Positions 1 through 11,700 of a stretch of DNA of 64,000 bases are shown in pieces. The DNA comes from Nemertoderma westbladi. Lineage: Eukaryota; Animalia; Xenacoelomorpha. The position numbers and the translations under genes were made by a program. Under the pieces are notes generated by a model. That model saw nothing but the letters and a program-made list of their open reading frames with translations, ran no database searches and was not told the origin of the DNA. The DNA lies in NCBI GenBank assembly GCA_032718475.1, contig JAUCBJ010004452.1, positions 1 to 64,000 on the forward strand, read 5' to 3'. Position 1 is the first letter of the stretch. Every line of letters starts with the position of its first letter.

Positions 1-160
1 GCAGCTTTGTAGTGGTGACATCCCTGAGTTTCTAATCAGGAGGCCCTGGTTCGAACCCTAGATGGGGCAGCACTGATCGGGCACAGTGCTTTCAATGCTG
101 CCGCCTAGCCCAATCCAGTTAACAGGTCGATAAATGGGAACCGTTGTAACTTCTGAAACG
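1..160 (+). mobile_element. tRNA-derived SINE-like element (5' end may be cut by the window edge)
   Basis: A-box-like TAGTGGTGA at ~10-18, anticodon-arm-like CCTGA-gtttctaa-TCAGG, B box GGTTCGAACCC at 48-58, then a non-tRNA body (TAAATGGGAACC). No clean acceptor stem. Confidence 0.55.
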
Positions 161-546
161 TTTACTGTTTATGGTGGTGAACACGCATTCCTTTAGGAAA
201 CATAGTGGAAGGGTTTACCTTGGAAGATCACCCATGTGGTGAACAGACATTCGTTTAGGAAACAGAGTGGAAGGGATTACTGTGGAAGACCACCCATAGT
301 GGTGAACACGCATTCCTTTAGGAAACAGAGTGGAAGGGTTTACCTTGGAAGATCACCCATGTGGTGAACAATTATTATAGGAAGGGATCTAGGGGTCTTA
401 ACCTCGCATGATAACTTCATTTTACCGAAAATAACTTATCTTTTATTGGCGCAATTGTAGGACTAATCCCATCACATGCGTACTTTTTAACCGGGTAGTG
501 TACAAATTTAGGAATCGCGTATTTTTTCTTGAAATTAATATCTCAC

Positions 547-597
547 TTGTAGTGTAGTCTCGGCTTCCGACCTCGAGGTCCCAGGTTCGAATCCGAC
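547..597 (+). promoter_or_regulatory. tRNA-like RNA polymerase III internal promoter segment
   Basis: B box GGTTCGAATCC at 584-594; upstream TGTAGTG and an anticodon-arm-like CTCGG-cttccga-CCTCGAG. Confidence 0.6.
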
Positions 598-640
598 ACC
601 ACGCTGATGAGACCCAGTAAGGTCGTTACGCGTACGTGGT
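598..640 (+). ncRNA. Minimal type I hammerhead ribozyme, degenerate core
   Basis: Stem I ACCACG(598-603)/CGTGGT(635-640); core CTGATGA (604-610); stem II GACC-cagtaa-GGTC; GTTAC in place of GAAAC; palindromic stem III ACGCGT with GTA cleavage triplet. Confidence 0.75.
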
Positions 641-2789
641 TTGGAGAGATATGAGATATTAATTTCAAGAAAAATTACGCGATTCCTAAATTTGTACACT
701 ACCCGGTTAAAAAAGTACGCATGTGATGGGATTAGTCCTACAATTGCGCCAATAAAAGATAAGTTATTTTCGGTAAAATAAACTTATCATTCGAGGTTAA
801 GACCCCTAGATCCCTTCCTATAATAAATGTATAATAACAAACACCTCGAAAAATACAGCTTGCCAACACATTGTTACTATCAATGTGGTGAACAGGCATT
901 CGTTTAGGAAACAGAGTGGAAGGGTTTACTGTGGTTGATCACTTATGGTGGTGAACAGGCATTCCTTTAGGAAACAGAGTGGAGGGGTTTACTGTGGAAG
1001 AATACACACGGTGGTGAACAGGCATTCCTTTTGGAAACAGAGTGGACGGGTTTACTGTGGAAGATTACACACGGTGGTGAACAGGCATTCCTTTGGGAAA
1101 CAGGGTAGGATGGTTTACTGTGAAAGATCTTTTGGCAAACATGGGGGAAGGGTTTACTGTGGAAGATCACCCATGGTGGTGAACATGCATTTCTTTGCGA
1201 AACAGAGTGGATGGTGGTTTACTGTGGAAGATCAAAGATCAACTATGGTGGTGAACATGCATTGGGAAACAGAGTGGGATGGTTTACTGTGGAAGATCAA
1301 AGGTCACCCATGGTGTTAAACATGGATTTCTTTGGGAAACGGAGTGGATGGTGGTTTATTGTGGAAGATCAAAGATCACCTATTGTGGTGAACATGCATT
1401 GGAAACAGAGTGGGATGGTTTACTGTGGAAGATCACCCATCAAGGTGGTGAACATGCATTCCTTGGGAAAATTAGTTTAAAATATTCTCCCATTCAATAG
1501 GATATATTAAATGATTATTGGGATGAATTTTTATTGCGTCGAAAGTCCGTCCCCCCCCCCCCCCCCCCCCCCCCCTATCTGACAGCTCGATAACGTTGTC
1601 TAATATATATAATAATGTAATTATTCTTTGTAGGATAAATCTATGTGAAATTCTTTAGAGCCCGTTATTTTGTGTAAAAATATTTTTACATTTTATACTT
1701 AAATGTACTATTAGAGTATTATAAAAGATAAAAACAATAAATAATTTTGTAAATATAATAAATTCATCAATGAAACTGGACATTAAATATACAATAAATA
1801 ATAGTTTATTTGTAATAAATGATGTCGGAATTACTTTAGGTAATGTGTGTATACAGACTGTACGAAACATGTGGCTAGTAACACAGTATGTGACTCACCC
1901 CCCCACAGTGATCCATTACACAGCTGGAAGTTTCCACGCGCCGCTGGTACATTGTGCGTTAGCGTCTACTTCGTGCGGTCGGTACGGAGCTGCAGCCAAG
2001 GAGACGATAACCCTGCCCATATATACTGTACATCCAACCTCCGAGTCAACGCATTAAGTAATAATCACAGGATATTCCTCTAGCAAGTTCGTAGAAAGAA
2101 TTAACTATAATAAAATCAAGGAATTGGAATACCTAATATATATGTTTGAAGAATTGGATGTTTTATGTATTTATAACGCGTTCCTTTCCCATCCCAAACC
2201 TGAAAGTTTCGCCAAGTTCTATTGGTTTGCCCTCTAGTAGTCTACGCCTTAAGCACACGCCCCTAAAAGCGACAATAGGTTAGCCTATTCCAGTGTAACA
2301 ATGCAGTGTTTGGCGGCTGCTATATAACTTCACGCCCTTATAACGGTTATACATTAACCCAGAGGAATTCGACAAACCTACCAGCCAGCCCTCTATGAAT
2401 TCTAGGCGAGTAACGGACTTTGTACAACGTTTCAGTTGGTTTGACTGATATTCTTATTACAGATTTGGAAACAATCCCATATGGGGGGGAAGTTAGAGGA
2501 ATATAATATTACGATAATTGTTGACTAAATAGCTAAACCGGTGTGTATAATACTCACGTCGTACGGATGGGATATTATGATTCAATAATTTGGAATCCGT
2601 ACAATGTCATATCACAAAATATTTGGAGACATTATTGGCAATTTAATGGGTTATGAGTGTAAACGCCAGCAATAGATAGCCGACAACGACAAATATGAAA
2701 CTGGAACCTGTGCTCCTGTGACGCATTTATTGTTTTGGTTTCGTCAATTGATAATTAAGATTAATTGGCGTCAATAATGGTTATAGGTT

Positions 2790-5700
2790 GTATAATTTTG
2801 TATATGGGGTTAAAACAAAACAGATTAATATGAACAATGTTTGGTATGTGGATGAAACAAAACAGACTATTTAAGAATTGGAACAATGTTGGGTATGGGG
2901 ATGAAACAAAACAGAGTATGTAAGAATTGGAACAATGTTGGGTATGGGGTTGAAACAAAACAGAGTATGTAAGAATTGGAACAATGTTGGGTATGGGGTT
3001 GAAACAAAACAGAGTATGTAACAATTGGAACAATGTTTGGTATGGGGTTGAAACAAAACAGAGTATGTTAGAATTGGAACAATGTTGGGTATGGCGTTGA
3101 AACAAAACAGATTATGTAAGAATTGGAACAATGTTGGGTATGGGGTTGAAACAAAATAGATTATGTAAGAATTGGAACAATGTTTGGTATGGGGTTGAAA
3201 CAAAACATAGTATGTAAGAATTGGAACAATGTTGGGTATGGGGTTGAAACAAAACAGAGTATGTAAGAATTGGAACAACGTTGGGTATGGGGTTGAAACC
3301 AATCAGATTATGAAAGAATTGGAACAATGTTGGGTATGGGGTTGAAACAAATCAGAGTATGTAAGGATTGGAACAATGTTGGGTATGGGGTTGAAACAAA
3401 TCAGATTATGAAAGAATTGGAACAATGTTGGGTATGGGGTTGAAACAAAACAGAGTATGTAAGAATTGGAACAATGTTGGGATGGGGTTGAAAAAAAACA
3501 GATTATGAAAGAATTGGAAGAATGTTGGGTACGGGGTTGAAATAAAACAGAGTATGCAAGAATTGGAACAATGTTGGGTATGGGGTTGAAACAAAACAGA
3601 TTATGTAAGAATTGGAACAATGTTGGGTATGGGGTTGAAACAAAACAGATTATGTAAGAATTGGAACAATGTTTGGTATGGGGTTGAAACAAAACATAGT
3701 ATGTAAGAATTGGAACAATGTTGGGTATGGGGTTGAAACAAAACAGAGTATGTAAGAATTGGAACAATGTTTGGTATGGGGTTGAAACAAAACATAGTAT
3801 GTAAGAATTGGAACAATGTTGGGTATGGGGTTGAAACAAAACAGAGTATGTAAGAATTGGAACAACGTTGGGTATGGGGTTGAAACCAATCAGATTATGA
3901 AAGAATTGGAACAATGTTGGGTATGGGGTTGAAACAAATCAGAGTATGTAAGGATTGGAACAATGTTGGGTATGGGGTTGAAACAAATCAGATTATGAAA
4001 GAATTGGAACAATGTTGGGTATGGGGTTGAAACAAAACAGAGTATGTAAGAATTGGAACAATGTTGGGTATGGGGTTGAAACAAAACAGAGTATGTAAGA
4101 ATTGGAACAATGTTGGGTATGGGGTTGAAACAAAACAGAGTATGTAAGAATTGGAACAATGTTGGGTATGGGGTTGAAACAAAACAGATTATGAAAGAAT
4201 TGGAAGAATGTTGGGTACGGGGTTGAAACAAAACAGATTATGAAAGAATTGGAAGAATGTTGGGTACGGGGTTGAAACAAAACAGAGTATGCAAGAATTG
4301 GAACAATGTTTGGTATGGGGTTGAAACAAAACAGATTATGAAAGAATTCGAACAATGTTGGGTACGGGGTTGAAATAAAACAGAGTATGTAAGAATTGTA
4401 ACAATGTTGGGTATGGGGTTGAAACAAAACAGAGTATGCAAGAATTGGAACAATGTTTGGTATGGGGTTGAAACAAATCAGATTATGAAAGAATTGGAAC
4501 AATGTTGGGTATGGGGTTGAAACAAAACAGAGTATGTAAGAATTGGAACAATGTTGGGTATGGGGTTGAAACAAAACAGAGTATGCAAGAATTGGAACAA
4601 TGTTTGGTATGGGGTTGAAACAAAACAGATTATGAAAGAATTCGAACAATGTTGGGTACGGGGTTGAAATAAAACAGAGTATGTAAGAATTGTAACAATG
4701 CTGGGTATGGGGTTGAAACAAAACAGAGTATGTAAGAATTGGAACATTGTTGGGTATGGGGTTGAAACAAAACGGAGTATGTAAGAATTGGAACAATGTT
4801 GGGTATGGGGTTGAAACAAAACAGATTATGAAAGAATTGGAAGAATGTTGGGTACGGGGTTGAAACAAAACAGAGTATGCAAGAATTGGAACAATGTTTG
4901 GTATGGGGTTGAAACAAAACAGATTATGAAAGAATTCGAACAATGTTGGGTACGGGGTTGAAATAAAACAGAGTATGCAAGAATTGGAAGAATGTTGGGT
5001 ACGGGGTTGAAACAAAACAGAGTATGCAAGAATTGGAACAATGTTGGGTATGGGGTTGAAACAAAACAGAGTATGCAAGAATTGGAACAATGTTTGGTAT
5101 GGGGTTGAAACAAAACAGATTATGAAAGAATTGGAAGAATGTTGGGTACGGGGTTGAAACAAAACAGAGTATGCAAGAATTGGAACAATGTTGGGTATGG
5201 GGTTGAAACAAAACAGAGTATGCAAGAATTGGAACAATGTTTGGTATGGGGTTGAAACAAAACAGATTATGAAAGAATTGGAAGAATGTTGGGTACGGGG
5301 TTGAAACAAAACAGAGTATGCAAGAATTGGAACAATGTTGGGTATGGGGTTGAAACAAAACAGATTATGAAAGAATTGGAAGAATGTTGGGTACGGGGTT
5401 GAAACAAAACAGAGTATGCAAGAATTGGAACAATGTTTGGTATGGGGTTGAAATAAAACAGATTATGAAAGAATTGGAAGAATGTTGGGTACGGGGTTGA
5501 AACAAAACAGAGTATGCAAGAATTGGAACAATGTTGGGTATGGGGTTGAAACAAAACAGATTATGAAAGAATTGGAAGAATGTTGGGTACGGGGTTGAAA
5601 CAAAACAGAGTATGCAAGAATTGGAACAATGTTGGGTATGGGGTTGAAACAAAACAGAGTATGCAAGAATTGGAACAATGTTTGGTATGGGGTTGAAACA

Positions 5701-8700
5701 AAACAGATTATGAAAGAATTGGAAGAATGTTGGGTACGGGGTTGAAACAAAACAGAGTATGCAAGAATTGGAACAATGTTGGGTATGGGGTTGAAACAAA
5801 ACAGAGTATGCAAGAATTGGAACAATGTTTGGTATGGGGTTGAAACAAAACAGATTATGAAAGAATTGGAAGAATGTTGGGTACGGGGTTGAAACAAAAC
5901 AGAGTATGCAAGAATTGGAACAATGTTGGGTATGGGGTTGAAACAAAACAGATTATGAAAGAATTGGAAGAATGTTGGGTACGGGGTTGAAACAAAACAG
6001 AGTATGCAAGAATTGGAACAATGTTTGGTATGGGGTTGAAATAAAACAGATTATGAAAGAATTCGAACAATGTTGGGTACGGGGTTGAAATAAAACAGAG
6101 TATGTAAGAATTGTAACAATGTTGGGTATGGGGTTGAAACAAAACAGAGTATGCAAGAATTGGAACAATGTTTGGTATGGGGTTGAAACAAATCAGATTA
6201 TGAAAGAATTGGAACAATGTTGGGTATGGGGTTGAAACAAAACAGAGTATGTAAGAATTGGAACAATGTTGGGTATGGGGTTGAAACAAAACAGAGTATG
6301 CAAGAATTGGAACAATGTTTGGTATGGGGTTGAAACAAAACAGATTATGAAAGAATTCGAACAATGTTGGGTACGGGGTTGAAATAAAACAGAGTATGTA
6401 AGAATTGTAACAATGCTGGGTATGGGGTTGAAACAAAACAGAGTATGTAAGAATTGGAACATTGTTGGGTATGGGGTTGAAACAAAACGGAGTATGTAAG
6501 AATTGGAACAATGTTGGGTATGGGGTTGAAACAAAACAGATTATGAAAGAATTGGAAGAATGTTGGGTACGGGGTTGAAACAAAACAGAGTATGCAAGAA
6601 TTGGAACAATGTTTGGTATGGGGTTGAAACAAAACAGATTATGAAAGAATTCGAACAATGTTGGGTACGGGGTTGAAATAAAACAGAGTATGCAAGAATT
6701 GGAAGAATGTTGGGTACGGGGTTGAAACAAAACAGAGTATGCAAGAATTGGAACAATGTTGGGTATGGGGTTGAAACAAAACAGAGTATGCAAGAATTGG
6801 AACAATGTTTGGTATGGGGTTGAAACAAAACAGATTATGAAAGAATTGGAAGAATGTTGGGTACGGGGTTGAAACAAAACAGAGTATGCAAGAATTGGAA
6901 CAATGTTGGGTATGGGGTTGAAACAAAACAGAGTATGCAAGAATTGGAACAATGTTTGGTATGGGGTTGAAACAAAACAGATTATGAAAGAATTGGAAGA
7001 ATGTTGGGTACGGGGTTGAAACAAAACAGAGTATGCAAGAATTGGAACAATGTTGGGTATGGGGTTGAAACAAAACAGAGTATGCAAGAATTGGAACAAT
7101 GTTTGGTATGGGGTTGAAACAAAACAGATTATGAAAGAATTGGAAGAATGTTGGGTACGGGGTTGAAACAAAACAGAGTATGCAAGAATTGGAACAATGT
7201 TGGGTATGGGGTTGAAACAAAACAGAGTATGCAAGAATTGGAACAATGTTTGGTATGGGGTTGAAACAAAACAGATTATGAAAGAATTGGAAGAATGTTG
7301 GGTACGGGGTTGAAACAAAACAGAGTATGCAAGAATTGGAACAATGTTGGGTATGGGGTTGAAACAAAACAGAGTATGCAAGAATTGGAACAATGTTTGG
7401 TATGGGGTTGAAACAAAACAGATTATGAAAGAATTGGAAGAATGTTGGGTACGGGGTTGAAACAAAACAGAGTATGCAAGAATTGGAACAATGTTGGGTA
7501 TGGGGTTGAAACAAAACAGATTATGAAAGAATTGGAAGAATGTTGGGTACGGGGTTGAAACAAAACAGAGTATGCAAGAATTGGAACAATGTTGGGTATG
7601 GGGTTGAAACAAAACAGAGTATGCAAGAATTGGAACAATGTTTGGTATGGGGTTGAAACAAAACAGATTATGAAAGAATTGGAAGAATGTTGGGTACGGG
7701 GTTGAAACAAAACAGAGTATGCAAGAATTGGAACAATGTTGGGTATGGGGTTGAAACAAAACAGAGTATGCAAGAATTGGAAGAATGTTGGGTACGGGGT
7801 TGAAATAAAACAGAGTATGCAAGAATTGGAACAATGTTTGGTATGGGGTTGAAACAAAACAGATTATGAAAGAATTGGAAGAATGTTGGGTACGGGGTTG
7901 AAACAAAACAGAGTATGCAAGAATTGGAACAATGTTTGGTATGGGGTTGAAACAAAACAGATTATGAAAGAATTGGAAGAATGTTGGGTACGGGGTTGAA
8001 ACAAAACAGAGTATGCAAGAATTGGAACAATGTTGGGTATGGGGTTGAAACAAAACAGATTATGAAAGAATTGGAAGAATGTTGGGTACGGGGTTGAAAC
8101 AAAACAGAGTATGCAAGAATTGGAACAATGTTTGGTATGGGGTTGAAATAAAACAGATTATGAAAGAATTGGAAGAATGTTGGGTACGGGGTTGAAACAA
8201 AACAGAGTATGCAAGAATTGGAACAATGTTGGGTATGGGGTTGAAACAAAACAGAGTATGTAAGAATTGGAACAATGTTGGGTATGGGGTTGAAACAAAA
8301 CAGATTATGAAAGAATTGGAAGAATGTTGGGTACGGGGTTGAAACAAAACAGAGTATGCAAGAATTGGAACAATGTTGGGTACGGGGTTGAAACAAAACA
8401 GAGTATGCAAGAATTGGAACAATGTTGGGTATGGGGTTGAAACAAAACAGATTATGAAAGAATTGGAAGAATGTTGGGTACGGGGTTGAAACAAAACAGA
8501 GTATGCAAGAATTGGAACAATGTTGGGTATGGGGTTGAAACAAAACAGAGTATGCAAGAATTGGAACAATGTTTGGTATGGGGTTGAAACAAAACAGATT
8601 ATGAAAGAATTGGAAGAATGTTGGGTACGGGGTTGAAACAAAACAGAGTATGCAAGAATTGGAACAATGTTGGGTATGGGGTTGAAACAAAACAGAGTAT

Positions 8701-11700
8701 GCAAGAATTGGAACAATGTTTGGTATGGGGTTGAAACAAAACAGATTATGAAAGAATTGGAAGAATGTTGGGTACGGGGTTGAAACAAAACAGAGTATGC
8801 AAGAATTGGAACAATGTTGGGTATGGGGTTGAAACAAAACAGATTATGAAAGAATTGGAAGAATGTTGGGTACGGGGTTGAAACAAAACAGAGTATGCAA
8901 GAATTGGAACAATGTTTGGTATGGGGTTGAAATAAAACAGATTATGAAAGAATTCGAACAATGTTGGGTACGGGGTTGAAATAAAACAGAGTATGTAAGA
9001 ATTGTAAAAATGTTGGGTATGGGGTTGAAACAAAACAGAGTATGCAAGAATTGGAACAATGTTTGGTATGGGGTTGAAACAAATCAGATTATGAAAGAAT
9101 TGGAACAATGTTGGGTATGGGGTTGAAACAAAACAGAGTATGTAAGAATTGGAACAATGTTGGGTATGGGGTTGAAACAAAACAGAGTATGCAAGAATTG
9201 GAACAATGTTTGGTATGGGGTTGAAACAAAACAGATTATGAAAGAATTCGAACAATGTTGGGTACGGGGTTGAAATAAAACAGAGTATGTAAGAATTGTA
9301 ACAATGCTGGGTATGGGGTTGAAACAAAACAGAGTATGTAAGAATTGGAACATTGTTGGGTATGGGGTTGAAACAAAACGGAGTATGTAAGAATTGGAAC
9401 AATGTTGGGTATGGGGTTGAAACAAAACAGATTATGAAAGAATTGGAAGAATGTTGGGTACGGGGTTGAAACAAAACAGAGTATGCAAGAATTGGAACAA
9501 TGTTTGGTATGGGGTTGAAACAAAACAGATTATGAAAGAATTCGAACAATGTTGGGTACGGGGTTGAAATAAAACAGAGTATGCAAGAATTGGAAGAATG
9601 TTGGGTACGGGGTTGAAACAAAACAGAGTATGCAAGAATTGGAACAATGTTGGGTATGGGGTTGAAACAAAACAGAGTATGCAAGAATTGGAACAATGTT
9701 TGGTATGGGGTTGAAACAAAACAGATTATGAAAGAATTGGAAGAATGTTGGGTACGGGGTTGAAACAAAACAGAGTATGCAAGAATTGGAACAATGTTGG
9801 GTATGGGGTTGAAACAAAACAGAGTATGCAAGAATTGGAACAATGTTTGGTATGGGGTTGAAACAAAACAGATTATGAAAGAATTGGAAGAATGTTGGGT
9901 ACGGGGTTGAAACAAAACAGAGTATGCAAGAATTGGAACAATGTTGGGTATGGGGTTGAAACAAAACAGATTATGAAAGAATTGGAAGAATGTTGGGTAC
10001 GGGGTTGAAACAAAACAGAGTATGCAAGAATTGGAACAATGTTGGGTATGGGGTTGAAACAAAACAGAGTATGCAAGAATTGGAACAATGTTTGGTATGG
10101 GGTTGAAACAAAACAGATTATGAAAGAATTGGAAGAATGTTGGGTACGGGGTTGAAACAAAACAGAGTATGCAAGAATTGGAACAATGTTGGGTATGGGG
10201 TTGAAACAAAACAGAGTATGCAAGAATTGGAAGAATGTTGGGTACGGGGTTGAAATAAAACAGAGTATGCAAGAATTGGAACAATGTTTGGTATGGGGTT
10301 GAAACAAAACAGATTATGAAAGAATTGGAAGAATGTTGGGTACGGGGTTGAAACAAAACAGAGTATGCAAGAATTGGAACAATGTTTGGTATGGGGTTGA
10401 AACAAAACAGATTATGAAAGAATTGGAAGAATGTTGGGTACGGGGTTGAAACAAAACAGAGTATGCAAGAATTGGAACAATGTTTGGTATGGGGTTGAAA
10501 CAAAACAGATTATGAAAGAATTGGAAGAATGTTGGGTACGGGGTTGAAATAAAACAGAGCATGCAAGAATTGGAACAATGTTTGGTATGGGGTTGAAACA
10601 AAACAGAGCATGCAAGAATTGTAACAATGTTTGGTATGGGGTTGAAACAAAACAGAGCATGCAAGAATTGGAACAATGTTGGGTATGGGGTTGAAACAAA
10701 ACAGAGCATGCAAGAATTGTAACAATGTTTGGTATGGGGTTGAAACAAAACAGAGCATGCAAGAATTGGAACAATGTTGGGTATGGGGTTGAAACAAAAC
10801 AGAGCATGCAAGAATTGGAACAATGTTGGGTATGGGGTTGAAACAAAACAGAGTATGCAAGAATTGTAACAATGTTTGGTATGGGGTTGAAACAAAACAG
10901 AGCATGCAAGAATTGGAACAATGTTGGGTATGGGGTTGAAACAAAACAGAGCATGCAAGAATTGGAACAATGTTTGGTATGGGGTTGAAACAAAACAGAG
11001 CATGCAAGAATTGGAACAATGTTAAGGTATGGGGTTGAAACAAAACAGAGTATGCAAGAATTGGAACAATGTTTGGTATGGGGTTGAAACAAAACAGATT
11101 ATGAAAGAATTGGAAGAATGTTGGGTACGGGGTTTAAACAAAACAGAGTATGTAAGAATTGGAACAATGTTGGGTATGGGGTTGAAACAAAACAGAGTAT
11201 GCAAGAATTGGAAGAATGTTGGGTACGGGGTTGAAATAAAACAGAGTATGCAAGAATTGGAACAATGTTGGGTATGGGGTTGAAACAAAACAGAGTATGC
11301 AAGAATTGGAACAATGTTTGGTATGGGGTTGAAACAAAACAGATTATGAAAGAATTGGAAGAATGTTGGGTACGGGGTTTAAACAAAACAGAGTATGTAA
11401 GAATTGGAACAATGTTGGGTATGGGGTTGAAACAAAACAGAGTATGCAAGAATTGGAAGAATGTTGGGTACGGGGTTGAAATAAAACAGAGTATGCAAGA
11501 ATTGGAACAATGTTTGGTATGGGGTTGAAACAAAACAGATTATGAAAGAATTGGAAGAATGTTGGGTACGGGGTTGAAATAAAACAGAGTATGTTAGAAA
11601 TGTAACAATGTTAGGTATGGGGTTGAAACAAAACAGAGTATGAAAGAATTCGAACAATGTTGGGTACGGGGTTGAAATAAAACAGAGTATGTTAGAAATG

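Larger units (their letters stand above)
372..826. mobile_element. Fold-back element: ~175-bp inverted arms (372-545 and 652-826) around a ~105-bp tRNA-like + hammerhead loop
   Basis: The arms are reverse complements with about 4 substitutions and 1 indel. The element sits inside the 63-bp array. Confidence 0.8.
161..1470. repeat. ~63-bp tandem repeat (GTGGTGAACAGGCATTCCTTTAGGAAACAGAGTGGAAGGGTTTACTGTGGAAGATCACCCAT), interrupted at ~371-882
   Basis: GTGGTGAAC recurs at 174, 236, 299, 361, then 885, 948, 1011, 1074 and on in diverging copies to ~1470. Confidence 0.9.

Noticed and set aside
1-70. Functional tRNA-Arg(TCT) gene
   Set aside because: 8-nt anticodon loop, poor acceptor stem and no terminator; better read as a SINE head.
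945-1500. ORFs in the 63-bp repeat
   Set aside because: Periodic translation of a tandem repeat whose unit is a multiple of 3.
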